DNA from: Candidatus Thalassarchaeaceae archaeon
Lineage (GTDB): Archaea; Thermoplasmatota; Poseidoniia; Poseidoniales; Thalassarchaeaceae
Length of the DNA stretch: 64,000 bases
NCBI GenBank assembly: GCA_045568235.1
Contig: JBJLBJ010000023.1
Location: forward strand, 20,531 to 84,530
Direction: 5' to 3'
The position numbers were made by a program, and so were the translations under genes. A model generated the notes under the pieces. It was not told where the DNA came from. It searched no databases and saw only the letters and a list, made by a program, of their open reading frames with translations. The stretch's first letter is position 1. Every line of letters starts with the position of its first letter. Below are positions 10,012 through 19,192 of the stretch, piece after piece.

Positions 10012-10971
10012 ATGAATAAGTTATTTTCGCTCATAATGACTAGTTTATTTTTAGGTGTAATACTTTCAGGATGTACGGCCCTTGATGATGATGTATCACC
10101 AAATACTAGTGATATCATAGATGTTCCTACATGGGAGGTTGGAGAAAATTGGCTCTATACCTTTTCAACGCCAGAATATAGTGATGATACTGCAAAACTG
10201 GTAGTGGCATCAGATGATGAGGAAAACGGGACGGCATATATGCTATCTATTTCTAGTATAACGGAAGCTAGAAGACACGCAGTTTTGAATCATAATCCGT
10301 TTTTAGGAAGGATGACTCATAGCGACCTAAGTGCTTATGAGAATGGAAATCCGCAACCGGTACTGAGCTTTCCTTTAGAATTGAATAAAGATTGGACATA
10401 TACACTATTTGGTATAGAATGGAGTGCTAATGTAATTTCAATTGAAGAAAATATCGCTGTAATTCAGGCAATATCATCAGATGGATCAAAGTTGATTTAC
10501 TCTTATGATTCAGAAATAAAGTTTTTTAGGACTTTTTCATGGCTTGATGTAGAAAATATTGAACAACTAAAAATGATGTTTGTAGACAAAGGAGAAGGGT
10601 ATACAGGAGATGTGTACTTTGTAAGAGGAGGAGATCTTTATGCCAATACATGGCAAAGTGGTGGACCTGACTTAGAAATTGAAGATTCTTTTTTGGTTAA
10701 TGACCACCCCAACGATGGAGAATGGGATGAAATGATATGGTTTCTAGATGCTGAATGTGGAGGAGGATCATCTTCAATTACATTAACTCTTAGAGATCAT
10801 TTGTCTACAACTTCCCTATTTAGAGCATATGGGCCTGGTTCAAGTGAACTGGGGAGTCTTGGAACTATTCCTTATCCAACAGAAGAATATACACTTACTG
10901 TAACAATGACAGGAGATAGTATGTTAAGGTTAATTTTTGCTGGTGGCATTACTCAATCTTGGTCACTATGA
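10012..10971 (+). CDS. Acidic secreted lipoprotein, unknown function
   Basis: Signal peptide with lipobox LSGC; PTWEVGENWLY motif typical of archaeal lipoproteins. Confidence 0.8.
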   Translation: MNKLFSLIMTSLFLGVILSGCTALDDDVSPNTSDIIDVPTWEVGENWLYTFSTPEYSDDTAKLVVASDDEENGTAYMLSISSITEARRHAVLNHNPFLGRMTHSDLSAYENGNPQPVLSFPLELNKDWTYTLFGIEWSANVISIEENIAVIQAISSDGSKLIYSYDSEIKFFRTFSWLDVENIEQLKMMFVDKGEGYTGDVYFVRGGDLYANTWQSGGPDLEIEDSFLVNDHPNDGEWDEMIWFLDAECGGGSSSITLTLRDHLSTTSLFRAYGPGSSELGSLGTIPYPTEEYTLTVTMTGDSMLRLIFAGGITQSWSL

Positions 10972-10980
10972 GGGTCAGAG

Positions 10981-11577
10981 ATGCAAGGTACGCTAGTAAT
11001 GCTACATGGAATGACAGGTACATCAAATAAAATGCTCCCTTTAGCTAGTAAATTAGTTCCAGATGGATGGAGGATATTATGTCCAGAGGCGATAATCCCG
11101 CATCCAACAAGAGGAGGATTTGCATGGTGGTTAAGAGATGAATTTAATGATCCCTCTGGACCATCAAATCCTTTAGATGAAAAGTCAATGAAACAAGCCA
11201 AAGATTCTGTTAAAAGGGTGATTAAAGAGATGCCAGAAGGGCCCTTGATAGTTGGAGGTTTTTCCCAAGGAGGTGCGATAGCATCAATGATGCTAGAACA
11301 TAGTATACAAGATAGGATTGTAGGATTGGTCCTTATTGGTACAAAAACAATCAATCCCGATGGTTTAATTTCTGCAATTTCTAAAATTTGGCCCAGGCCT
11401 GTGGCATGGATGCATGGAGAAAAAGATCATCTAGTACCTATTACAGTTGGAGAAGAACATCTAAAAATTTTTGAAGATGGATTATGGTCGGTCACTAAAA
11501 TTAAACACCATAAAGGGCACATGGTAGATATTTCTAAAATGGATGAATTAGCACGAACTATCCAGTCCATGACTTAA
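10981..11577 (+). CDS. Alpha/beta hydrolase (phospholipase/carboxylesterase family)
   Basis: LHG, GGFSQGG, HGEKDHLVP, GH catalytic motifs. Confidence 0.9.
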   Translation: MQGTLVMLHGMTGTSNKMLPLASKLVPDGWRILCPEAIIPHPTRGGFAWWLRDEFNDPSGPSNPLDEKSMKQAKDSVKRVIKEMPEGPLIVGGFSQGGAIASMMLEHSIQDRIVGLVLIGTKTINPDGLISAISKIWPRPVAWMHGEKDHLVPITVGEEHLKIFEDGLWSVTKIKHHKGHMVDISKMDELARTIQSMT

Positions 11578-11638
11578 ATAGAGAACTTTAAAAATTGATA
11601 AACAATAAGATATAATACTCATTATACTAAGGCGTGAT

Positions 11639-12496
11639 ATGAATCTTCAGACTTTTGATAGAGATGGGTCTATGGGGATTGGTTTGATGATTGTTTTCGT
11701 TGCATTAATTCTTGCTGCTTCGATTTCCACGGGTGTGATTATGAAACAAGCAGAAGATATTTCAGAGAAGGGAGATTCGGTTTCAAATGGTATTTCTGAT
11801 AGCATCAATAAACGCATGGAACTTACTGGTGCATGGGTTGCAGGAGGAATAGATTGCTCTGCTGAACTATTCCAACATTCTGGTTTTAGTGGTTGGTCGG
11901 TAGTTTTTGAAGTTGGAGATTATGACAGAGCCGCTATGGAAGCTCTTGGGGCGACAGATAATGATGCTTCTTCAATAAAAGTCGAAGAAGGGTGTAATAT
12001 AGTAATGTATGAAGGAGAAAGTTTTGATGGTTCATGGGTAACTTACTTCGGTGCCGGAGACCATACATTGAGTTCTATAATAGCTGCAGGAGGGGCTAAT
12101 GATGAAATATCATCCATATCAGTGATGAGTTTTTCACTGGTTTTATTTTTAGAATTGGGACCTGGTTCACCTCCAATCTTAGTCGATGACGTAAGTACTT
12201 CAACCGTTTGTGCTAATGGAGATAAAGTGAGTGTTGATTACTCACTGATTGTAGATTCTGGTGCACGTCTAATTGAAAATACAAATACACTTGGAGCGGA
12301 TGCTAATATTGACCTAGGAGAAATAATTACTGATGAAATGACAGTTAGAGTAGAAATGGCCCTTGATCAGTGTGTACCAAATATAGGATTCAGAATGCCT
12401 TTAGATATTAATGTGAATTATGGTGCAATTACTAGCTATATTTTACCTATTGGTTCGGACGAAATAGGTTATGACCTAATGCACCAACCTTGGTAA
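11639..12496 (+). CDS. Archaellin (archaeal flagellin) with inserted beta/gamma-crystallin domain
   Basis: Class III signal RDG/SMGIGLMIVFVALILAAS; archaellin C-terminal LELGPGS; internal double Greek-key motifs. Confidence 0.85.
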   Translation: MNLQTFDRDGSMGIGLMIVFVALILAASISTGVIMKQAEDISEKGDSVSNGISDSINKRMELTGAWVAGGIDCSAELFQHSGFSGWSVVFEVGDYDRAAMEALGATDNDASSIKVEEGCNIVMYEGESFDGSWVTYFGAGDHTLSSIIAAGGANDEISSISVMSFSLVLFLELGPGSPPILVDDVSTSTVCANGDKVSVDYSLIVDSGARLIENTNTLGADANIDLGEIITDEMTVRVEMALDQCVPNIGFRMPLDINVNYGAITSYILPIGSDEIGYDLMHQPW

Positions 12497-12565
12497 AACA
12501 AAAAACTTGAAGCTATAACATTTGAACTTAAATAGATAAGGGCGATATATAACCTCTAAGTCCGT

Positions 12566-14005
12566 GTGTTAATGGCATCGATATTGAATAGAGAAACTGT
12601 CATTATTTTTTTTATAATTTTTAGTACTTTTTCTGCAGGTTGTTTAGATGAGAGAGAATCTGCTGAAGAATCGATAATTGATTGGGATGAGGGTATGACA
12701 TATATCGAAAGTCCGAGTAGTCATGAAGATTCAAGAGAGTTTGCAATAGGAAGTGCGATTAATAATGAAACTTGGGGGAGTTCATCCTGGGCAGTTTTTG
12801 GTAATGAAGAAGGTGGAAATTGTTGTGAACATTATCTGGCAGGTACAAAAGAGGGTTGGATAGTGAATTTTGGAGGAGAGTATCCAACTTGGTCAGAAGA
12901 TAGAGGGCACACATGGAATGAATATATACCAGGAATATTTTCACAAATAGGATGTTTAGAGCCAAAACCTACTGTCCCGGGACAAGAGGGTTTAGGAGAA
13001 GGCAGTATAGTACAAGCAACTAATGGTGATTTGATTTCCATGGGTTGGTTTCCATACCCAAGTACGAGTGGCGCAGATCAATTCTATGCATTCTTGTATG
13101 ATGCAGATACTCAGGAATGGAATTGGTGCTTCAATAGAACTCCTGAACCATTCTATGATAGATCATGGCAAGTTGAAGTTATAGGCCCGATTAATGGAGG
13201 AATCTATGGAAATGGAGAATATGCTAGTATTGTAATATCAAATTTCTGGCATCAAGTACAAAATATTGGAGGGCAAATATCTACAGATGGTTTGAATTAT
13301 GATTATTTTAGTTTCCCAGACAGGGATGCATCTTTGGAAACTATAGAAGTCGATCTTACCACGGAAATGTTAGGTGAAGAGTGGGATTATACAAAGCCAC
13401 ACAAAGAAATGAGGGCTTTTCCAGTTCCTTCAGGAGGGCTCTATTTTCCCAATTATTTCGTTGATGGGAGAGACGCGTATGTAGATACTGCCCTAAATTG
13501 GTGGTCTGCAACTACTCTGAATGGATCATCATTACCTTCGGAATATTGTGCATTTGATTCATCGGGCGCACTGCATTGTGTATTATCAGAAGACAATATC
13601 ATACATCACTTAGTATCATGGGATGGGGGAGAGACTTGGGGAAATAATACATATAATTTACAGAATCAAGCAAGCGGTATCGAAGAATGGGAATTTCATT
13701 CAAATGGTGTACATGACTTATTCGTACTTAATGTTAGATATCAAAGTTCAGACGGCCCTGACATAGACATAGCATGGCACGTAAGAGACTATTCTGATAG
13801 TTTGATACCGGATTCGAAAACTTATCTAGGACAAGGAGATTTAGACTCAACCTCTGGAGCTGGTGCAGATATAAGATTTGATTTTGCTAGCATGGGGATT
13901 TTACCTGATGGAGGTTCATTTATTGCTTACCATGATTCTACTGATCCAGATCCTTTATTTGGATTAGAGTTATTATTGCCAGATAGGTATCAAAATCAGA
14001 TATAA
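12566..14005 (+). CDS. Secreted lipoprotein with Asp-box (BNR) repeats, sialidase-like beta-propeller
   Basis: Lipobox SAGC; Asp-boxes SEDRGHTW, STDGLNY, SWDGGETW. Confidence 0.75.
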   Translation: MLMASILNRETVIIFFIIFSTFSAGCLDERESAEESIIDWDEGMTYIESPSSHEDSREFAIGSAINNETWGSSSWAVFGNEEGGNCCEHYLAGTKEGWIVNFGGEYPTWSEDRGHTWNEYIPGIFSQIGCLEPKPTVPGQEGLGEGSIVQATNGDLISMGWFPYPSTSGADQFYAFLYDADTQEWNWCFNRTPEPFYDRSWQVEVIGPINGGIYGNGEYASIVISNFWHQVQNIGGQISTDGLNYDYFSFPDRDASLETIEVDLTTEMLGEEWDYTKPHKEMRAFPVPSGGLYFPNYFVDGRDAYVDTALNWWSATTLNGSSLPSEYCAFDSSGALHCVLSEDNIIHHLVSWDGGETWGNNTYNLQNQASGIEEWEFHSNGVHDLFVLNVRYQSSDGPDIDIAWHVRDYSDSLIPDSKTYLGQGDLDSTSGAGADIRFDFASMGILPDGGSFIAYHDSTDPDPLFGLELLLPDRYQNQI

Positions 14006-14058
14006 ATTATAGTTAAAAAATATTTTTAAATGTATGAGAACTGTTTTTGATTACGATA

Positions 14059-14439
14059 TTAACTATCAGAATATAATTTTAATTTATTCTGTAAAATATT
14101 TTTGAATGTATTTACAGATTTATTACAGTTCTCAAGTTCTTCGGGAGATAATAAAATGAAGGTTTTATTTTCTGTTTGAGCCAAAACACAAGGAGTATGA
14201 TTATCAGATTCTGAAATCAGGCCTTCGGATCTTTCATTGAGATGTAATAGATCAAATGGTATTGGAAATTCTTTAGAAAATGATTTCCATTCTTTTTTCA
14301 TTTTTATTTTATTGTGAGTAATATCACACAAAGAACAATGTACATTTCCAGTATATTTACCAAAGATATATGCTAATTCGCCAACTAATCCTCCATCAGC
14401 ATGGTAGATTCCATAAAGCTTGTTTATTACTTCACCCAT
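14059..14439 (-). CDS. Conserved hypothetical protein with CxxC (possible thioredoxin-like fold)
   Basis: YHADGG...HCSLCDITH, later PCV. Confidence 0.7.
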   Translation of the reverse strand: MGEVINKLYGIYHADGGLVGELAYIFGKYTGNVHCSLCDITHNKIKMKKEWKSFSKEFPIPFDLLHLNERSEGLISESDNHTPCVLAQTENKTFILLSPEELENCNKSVNTFKNILQNKLKLYSDS

Positions 14440-14462
14440 AATATTATGAAACTTAGCAACGG

Positions 14463-17400
14463 TTATGAAGTAGTGTTAAAGAAAATAGTAACATTATCTA
14501 CACTAAACATATCGGCATTAGCAGATATTTCGCCTTCATTCAAAGATGCATTTCCTGCTCTTGTTTCATTCTGAATGTGCTTCCAATCTTCATCATTCAA
14601 AGTCAAACCTTGTATCCAAACTGATAATTTAATGGTTGCTTCAACGTCTAGATTGAGTTCTTTTCTTTTTGACTGGATTCTTCTAATTATATCTCTTGCA
14701 AGTCCTTTGGATAATAGATTATCATCAGTACTCATGTCCAAGACAAGAGTTACGTCATCATAGCCTTCATTAGAAATTGTTGATGCTGAATAATCTTCTT
14801 TTTCTACACGCTTTATTTCTATATCTTCCATAGTTATGTCATAACCAGCTAAAGCGGCTATACCTGCTTCTATCTCTAACAATAAAGAGTCTGGATTAGC
14901 TTCTTCTAATTGAGATAATACTAGCGGAAGATCTGCACGACATTTTGAACCTAGGATTTTCCGATTAGGCATCAAAACTATCTTCTGAAATTTATCTATA
15001 TCATGTTCTCTAATTAAATTTTCAACATTTAATTCTTCAGAAAGAATATCAAAAAAATCTGAGATATCAGGCCCTCCAATTATCCATCCATTTCTACAAG
15101 GGAGACGTTGTCGTCTTTCGCCTTCCACTCTTAATCTGCGACCAGTCTCTGCTAAATCTCTTACAATTTTCATCTGTTGCTCTAAATTGTAGTCTTTAGG
15201 TGGTAGATTTCTTTCAACTAATTTTGAGCCAACAGGCCAATCTGCAAGATGTACAGATAAATCGGTTAAGTCTCGGTGTATTTTATCTGCCATAAATGGA
15301 GAAATTGGTGACATCAGACGACAAACTACCAATAATACCTCATGTAACGTATGTTGACAAGCCCGTTTATCGGTACTATCTACTTCATCCCAAAGACGCC
15401 TTCGAGACCTACGAACATACCAATTTGATAAATCATTAACAACAAAATTTTCTAATTCTCTTCCTGCTTTATGGAAATCCCAAGAATTAAAATTATCATG
15501 AAATAATTCAGCTACATTACTGATTCGAGATAATATCCATCTATCTAAGGGACTTCTGTCCTTTACGACGATTTGTCCTTCTTCTTCGTTAGGATCGAAG
15601 CCGTCCAATGCGGCATAGTCAGAATGAAAACGGTGAACGTTCCATAATGTCAAGAACATTTTTCCATATGTTTCTCTAACTCCATTGGGATCAAAGTTCA
15701 TTGGATTCCAAGGTGCACTTTGTGTTGCCATATACCACCTTATAGCATCTGCTCCTTCCTTGTTGAAGTGATCCCAAGGATTAACAACATTTCCTCTTGA
15801 TTTACTCATTTTCTTTCCTTCGTTATCTAAAATATGCCCTAAAGAAAGGCATCTTTTGTATGAAATACTATCAAAAACAGCAGTTGAGACAGCCAATAAA
15901 GAGTAGAACCATCCTCTAGTCTGATCTACAGCCTCGCAGATATAATCAACAGGAAAACTACCTGAGAATTTATCATTATTTTCAAAGGGGTAGTGCCATT
16001 GAGCAAAGAATGCACAGCCTGAATCAAACCAGCAATCCATGACGTATGGTTCACGGATCATCTCGCCATTACAATCAACATTTGTACAATTTAGCTTGAC
16101 ATCATCTACGTATGGTCGATGTAATTCTTTAGGATTGGGGGAATCTGCAGTTTTTAGCATATTCATTTCTTCAATACTACCAATACAGTGTTCATTATTG
16201 CACTTCTCGCAAATCCATACAGGTATTGGAGTTCCCCAATAACGTTCCCTACTTATAGCCCAATCTTTGAGATTTCGTAACCATTCCCCAACTCTACCCG
16301 AACCTGTCCATTCAGGCGCCCATTCAACTTGAGAATTATATTCAATTATTTCCTTTTTTATTGATGTCATGCGCACAAACCAACTATCCATAGCATAATA
16401 CAAAAGTGGATGATCAGTTCTCCAACAATGCGGATAGTCATGGGTGTAGATATGCTCTCGATATAACATATTTTGATCACTGAGAATATCTATAATTACA
16501 GAATCACAGTCTTTCACATAACGTCCATCCAGTAAAGGATGTGTGCCTTTTACAAATTTACCGTCCATTCCAACAGTATGTTGCGCGGGAAAACCCATTT
16601 CCATTCCAAGATTGTAATCGTCCTCTCCATACATTACAGCAGTATGTACTACTCCTGTGCCGTCAGTAGTAGTTACAAAGTCTGCAGGTACAATAGTCCA
16701 AGCTGATTTTGAGTCCCCTCTTTCGATTGCATCGGGAAATAATGGATTATATGATTTGCCTACTAAATCTGAACCGGGAAATTCATCAATTATTTCCATA
16801 TGATGCCTAAGAACATCTCCAAGTAAGTCTTTTGCTAGTATTAATTCTTCACCAACTTTGGTTTGTCCTCTTCCTTCCCATGAATTCGAAGGCGGTTCAG
16901 TGATTCGAATTCGACAATAAGTGACTTCGGGGCCAACTGCTAATCCTACATTTCCAGGAAGAGTCCATGGAGTAGTAGTCCAAGCAAGGATAGAGGCATC
17001 ATCATCTGATAATTTAAATTTAACAAAAACTGCAGGTTCTGAAACTTCTTTGTATCCTTGAGAAACCTCATGAGTAGAATAACTGGTCCCTGTTTGAGGG
17101 CAATAAGGCAGTACTTTATGTCCACGAAATAATAATCCTTTATCGTGCATTTGTTTCAGTGACCACCATGCTGATTCTATGTATTCATCATGTAATGTGA
17201 CATAGGGATTATCCATATCTACCCAAAATGCCATTCTTTCCGTCATTTCTCTCCAACTTTCTTCATACTCCCAAACACTTTCTTTACATTTTTGATTAAA
17301 TTTTTCCATCCCATATTCTTCAATTGCTTCATTGGACATTAGATCTAATTTCTTTTGAACTTCGATTTCAACAGGGAGACCGTGGGTGTCCCAGCCACCC

Positions 17401-17651
17401 TTTCTTTCTACGATATGGCCTTCCATAGCCTTCCATCTACAAACCATATCTTTGTACAATCTTGATAATACATGATGGATACCTGGTTTTCCATTCGCAG
17501 TTGGTGGACCTTCAAGAAAGGTAAATGGAGAATTATCTAATCTACGATTTTCAATTGATTTCTCAAATGTTTTTTCAGAAGACCATATTTCCATTAATGA
17601 GTTTTCAAGAGCGACTGGATTAAGTTCTCCGGGCGAATTTGGCACTACCAT
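14463..17651 (-). CDS. ileS: Isoleucyl-tRNA synthetase, type 2
   Basis: EGPPTANG, GIHH variant of HIGH, GWDTHGLP, WTTTPWTLP editing motif, KMSKS. Confidence 0.97.
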   Translation of the reverse strand: MVVPNSPGELNPVALENSLMEIWSSEKTFEKSIENRRLDNSPFTFLEGPPTANGKPGIHHVLSRLYKDMVCRWKAMEGHIVERKGGWDTHGLPVEIEVQKKLDLMSNEAIEEYGMEKFNQKCKESVWEYEESWREMTERMAFWVDMDNPYVTLHDEYIESAWWSLKQMHDKGLLFRGHKVLPYCPQTGTSYSTHEVSQGYKEVSEPAVFVKFKLSDDDASILAWTTTPWTLPGNVGLAVGPEVTYCRIRITEPPSNSWEGRGQTKVGEELILAKDLLGDVLRHHMEIIDEFPGSDLVGKSYNPLFPDAIERGDSKSAWTIVPADFVTTTDGTGVVHTAVMYGEDDYNLGMEMGFPAQHTVGMDGKFVKGTHPLLDGRYVKDCDSVIIDILSDQNMLYREHIYTHDYPHCWRTDHPLLYYAMDSWFVRMTSIKKEIIEYNSQVEWAPEWTGSGRVGEWLRNLKDWAISRERYWGTPIPVWICEKCNNEHCIGSIEEMNMLKTADSPNPKELHRPYVDDVKLNCTNVDCNGEMIREPYVMDCWFDSGCAFFAQWHYPFENNDKFSGSFPVDYICEAVDQTRGWFYSLLAVSTAVFDSISYKRCLSLGHILDNEGKKMSKSRGNVVNPWDHFNKEGADAIRWYMATQSAPWNPMNFDPNGVRETYGKMFLTLWNVHRFHSDYAALDGFDPNEEEGQIVVKDRSPLDRWILSRISNVAELFHDNFNSWDFHKAGRELENFVVNDLSNWYVRRSRRRLWDEVDSTDKRACQHTLHEVLLVVCRLMSPISPFMADKIHRDLTDLSVHLADWPVGSKLVERNLPPKDYNLEQQMKIVRDLAETGRRLRVEGERRQRLPCRNGWIIGGPDISDFFDILSEELNVENLIREHDIDKFQKIVLMPNRKILGSKCRADLPLVLSQLEEANPDSLLLEIEAGIAALAGYDITMEDIEIKRVEKEDYSASTISNEGYDDVTLVLDMSTDDNLLSKGLARDIIRRIQSKRKELNLDVEATIKLSVWIQGLTLNDEDWKHIQNETRAGNASLNEGEISANADMFSVDNVTIFFNTTS

Positions 17652-17749
17652 CTATGCTTCGGAACAAACTCGACGTATTGAATATACTCTTTAGAACGGA
17701 GAAGTGTAGTTTAGTAGTATTCAATAAGGAGGATGAGTTAGGCATTATT

Positions 17750-18397
17750 ATGACTGAAACGACTAGCATAGTTGTTGAAGGGATGACTTGTACTGGTTGT
17801 TCAGATAGAGTTCAGCAAGCACTAAAAATGATTGATGGAGTATTGGATGCAAATGTTTCACATGAATCAGGTGTTGCTATCGTTGAACACCAAAATATAA
17901 CAAAAGAAATTATGTCATCAACTATACAGTCACTAGGATATATTGTTGATGGCAGGGGTGAGGAATTTCACTGGAGAGATAGTAGTGTTTGGAAGCAATC
18001 AGCCCATAATACAAAATGGTGTTTAGTTGGTTGTAGTATTGGTGATTTTGGAACTATAGCAGCGTTTCAGTTTATCCCTTATCTTATTGCTCTTGAATGG
18101 ACTCCAATGATGATTATGGCGTTAGCAATGTTTAACGGAATTATGACATCTATTGCACTTGAAACATTTATTTTGTCTGCTCAGATGGCCCTAAAGGAAG
18201 CCTTTAGAGTTGCGATAGGAATGTCTCTAATTTCGATGTTATCAATGGAGGCTGCAATGAATCTTGTAGACTTTGTCTTGACTGGAGGAGCTAAACTAAC
18301 TTGGTGGGTCATTTTACCGATGCTAATAGCTGGATTCTTGACGCCTTGGCCATATAATTATTGGCGCCTAAAGAAATACGGAGTATCTTGTCATTAG
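17750..18397 (+). CDS. Heavy-metal-associated (HMA) domain fused to DUF4396-like membrane domain
   Basis: GMTCTGC; WCLVGCSIGDF and Met-rich TM helices. Confidence 0.8.
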   Translation: MTETTSIVVEGMTCTGCSDRVQQALKMIDGVLDANVSHESGVAIVEHQNITKEIMSSTIQSLGYIVDGRGEEFHWRDSSVWKQSAHNTKWCLVGCSIGDFGTIAAFQFIPYLIALEWTPMMIMALAMFNGIMTSIALETFILSAQMALKEAFRVAIGMSLISMLSMEAAMNLVDFVLTGGAKLTWWVILPMLIAGFLTPWPYNYWRLKKYGVSCH

Positions 18398-18408
18398 GAG
18401 GGGTTTTG

Positions 18409-19182
18409 ATGCAAAATTGGGAAAAGGTCGGAGATAAAATATCTAATTGGATTCTCAATTATGCAGAGAAAAACAATATTTCTACCCTAGTTGTTGGTGT
18501 TTCAGGTGGCATTGATTCTGCAGTTACATCAACCCTTTGTGCAAAAACTGGATTAAAGACTGTAGTAGTTAATATGCCAATTCATCAAGCATCATCACAA
18601 TTCAATCTCTCAAACCTCCACATCAAATGGTTAGAAGAAAAATGGAATAATGTAGAAGGGTATTTAATTGATTTATCTCAAATATATGATCTATTCAATA
18701 CTGAATTGGACAAGATTGGTACGTCAGAATTAGCAATAGCAAACACTCGAGCTAGACTTAGAATGACTACTCTATATTCTTTAGCTGGATCAAATGATGG
18801 GATTGTCGTAGGAACAGGGAATAAAGTTGAGGATTTTGGAGTTGGCTTTTACACAAAGTATGGAGACGGGGGCGTAGATATCTCACCTATTGCTGATCTC
18901 TACAAATCAGAAGTTTATTTTTTGGCAGAATCACTACAAATAATTCAGCCCATTCAAGATGCTGCTCCCACTGACGGCTTGTGGAATGATAGTAGAACTG
19001 ATGAAGATCAAATAGGGGCGACATATGAAGAATTAGAATGGGCAATGAAAGAAGTAGGAGAAGGATTTAATCCGAAATATTCAACCAGGCAAAAAGAAGT
19101 AATGGATATTTATCTAAAAATGAATAAAAATAATCAACATAAAATGAAACCAATACCTGTTTTTAAGAGAAAGATGGATTAA
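18409..19182 (+). CDS. nadE: NH3-dependent NAD+ synthetase
   Basis: SGGIDS, ARLRM, GTGNKVE, TKYGDGG; SD AGGAGG. Confidence 0.95.
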   Translation: MQNWEKVGDKISNWILNYAEKNNISTLVVGVSGGIDSAVTSTLCAKTGLKTVVVNMPIHQASSQFNLSNLHIKWLEEKWNNVEGYLIDLSQIYDLFNTELDKIGTSELAIANTRARLRMTTLYSLAGSNDGIVVGTGNKVEDFGVGFYTKYGDGGVDISPIADLYKSEVYFLAESLQIIQPIQDAAPTDGLWNDSRTDEDQIGATYEELEWAMKEVGEGFNPKYSTRQKEVMDIYLKMNKNNQHKMKPIPVFKRKMD

Positions 19183-19192
19183 AATTTTACTT

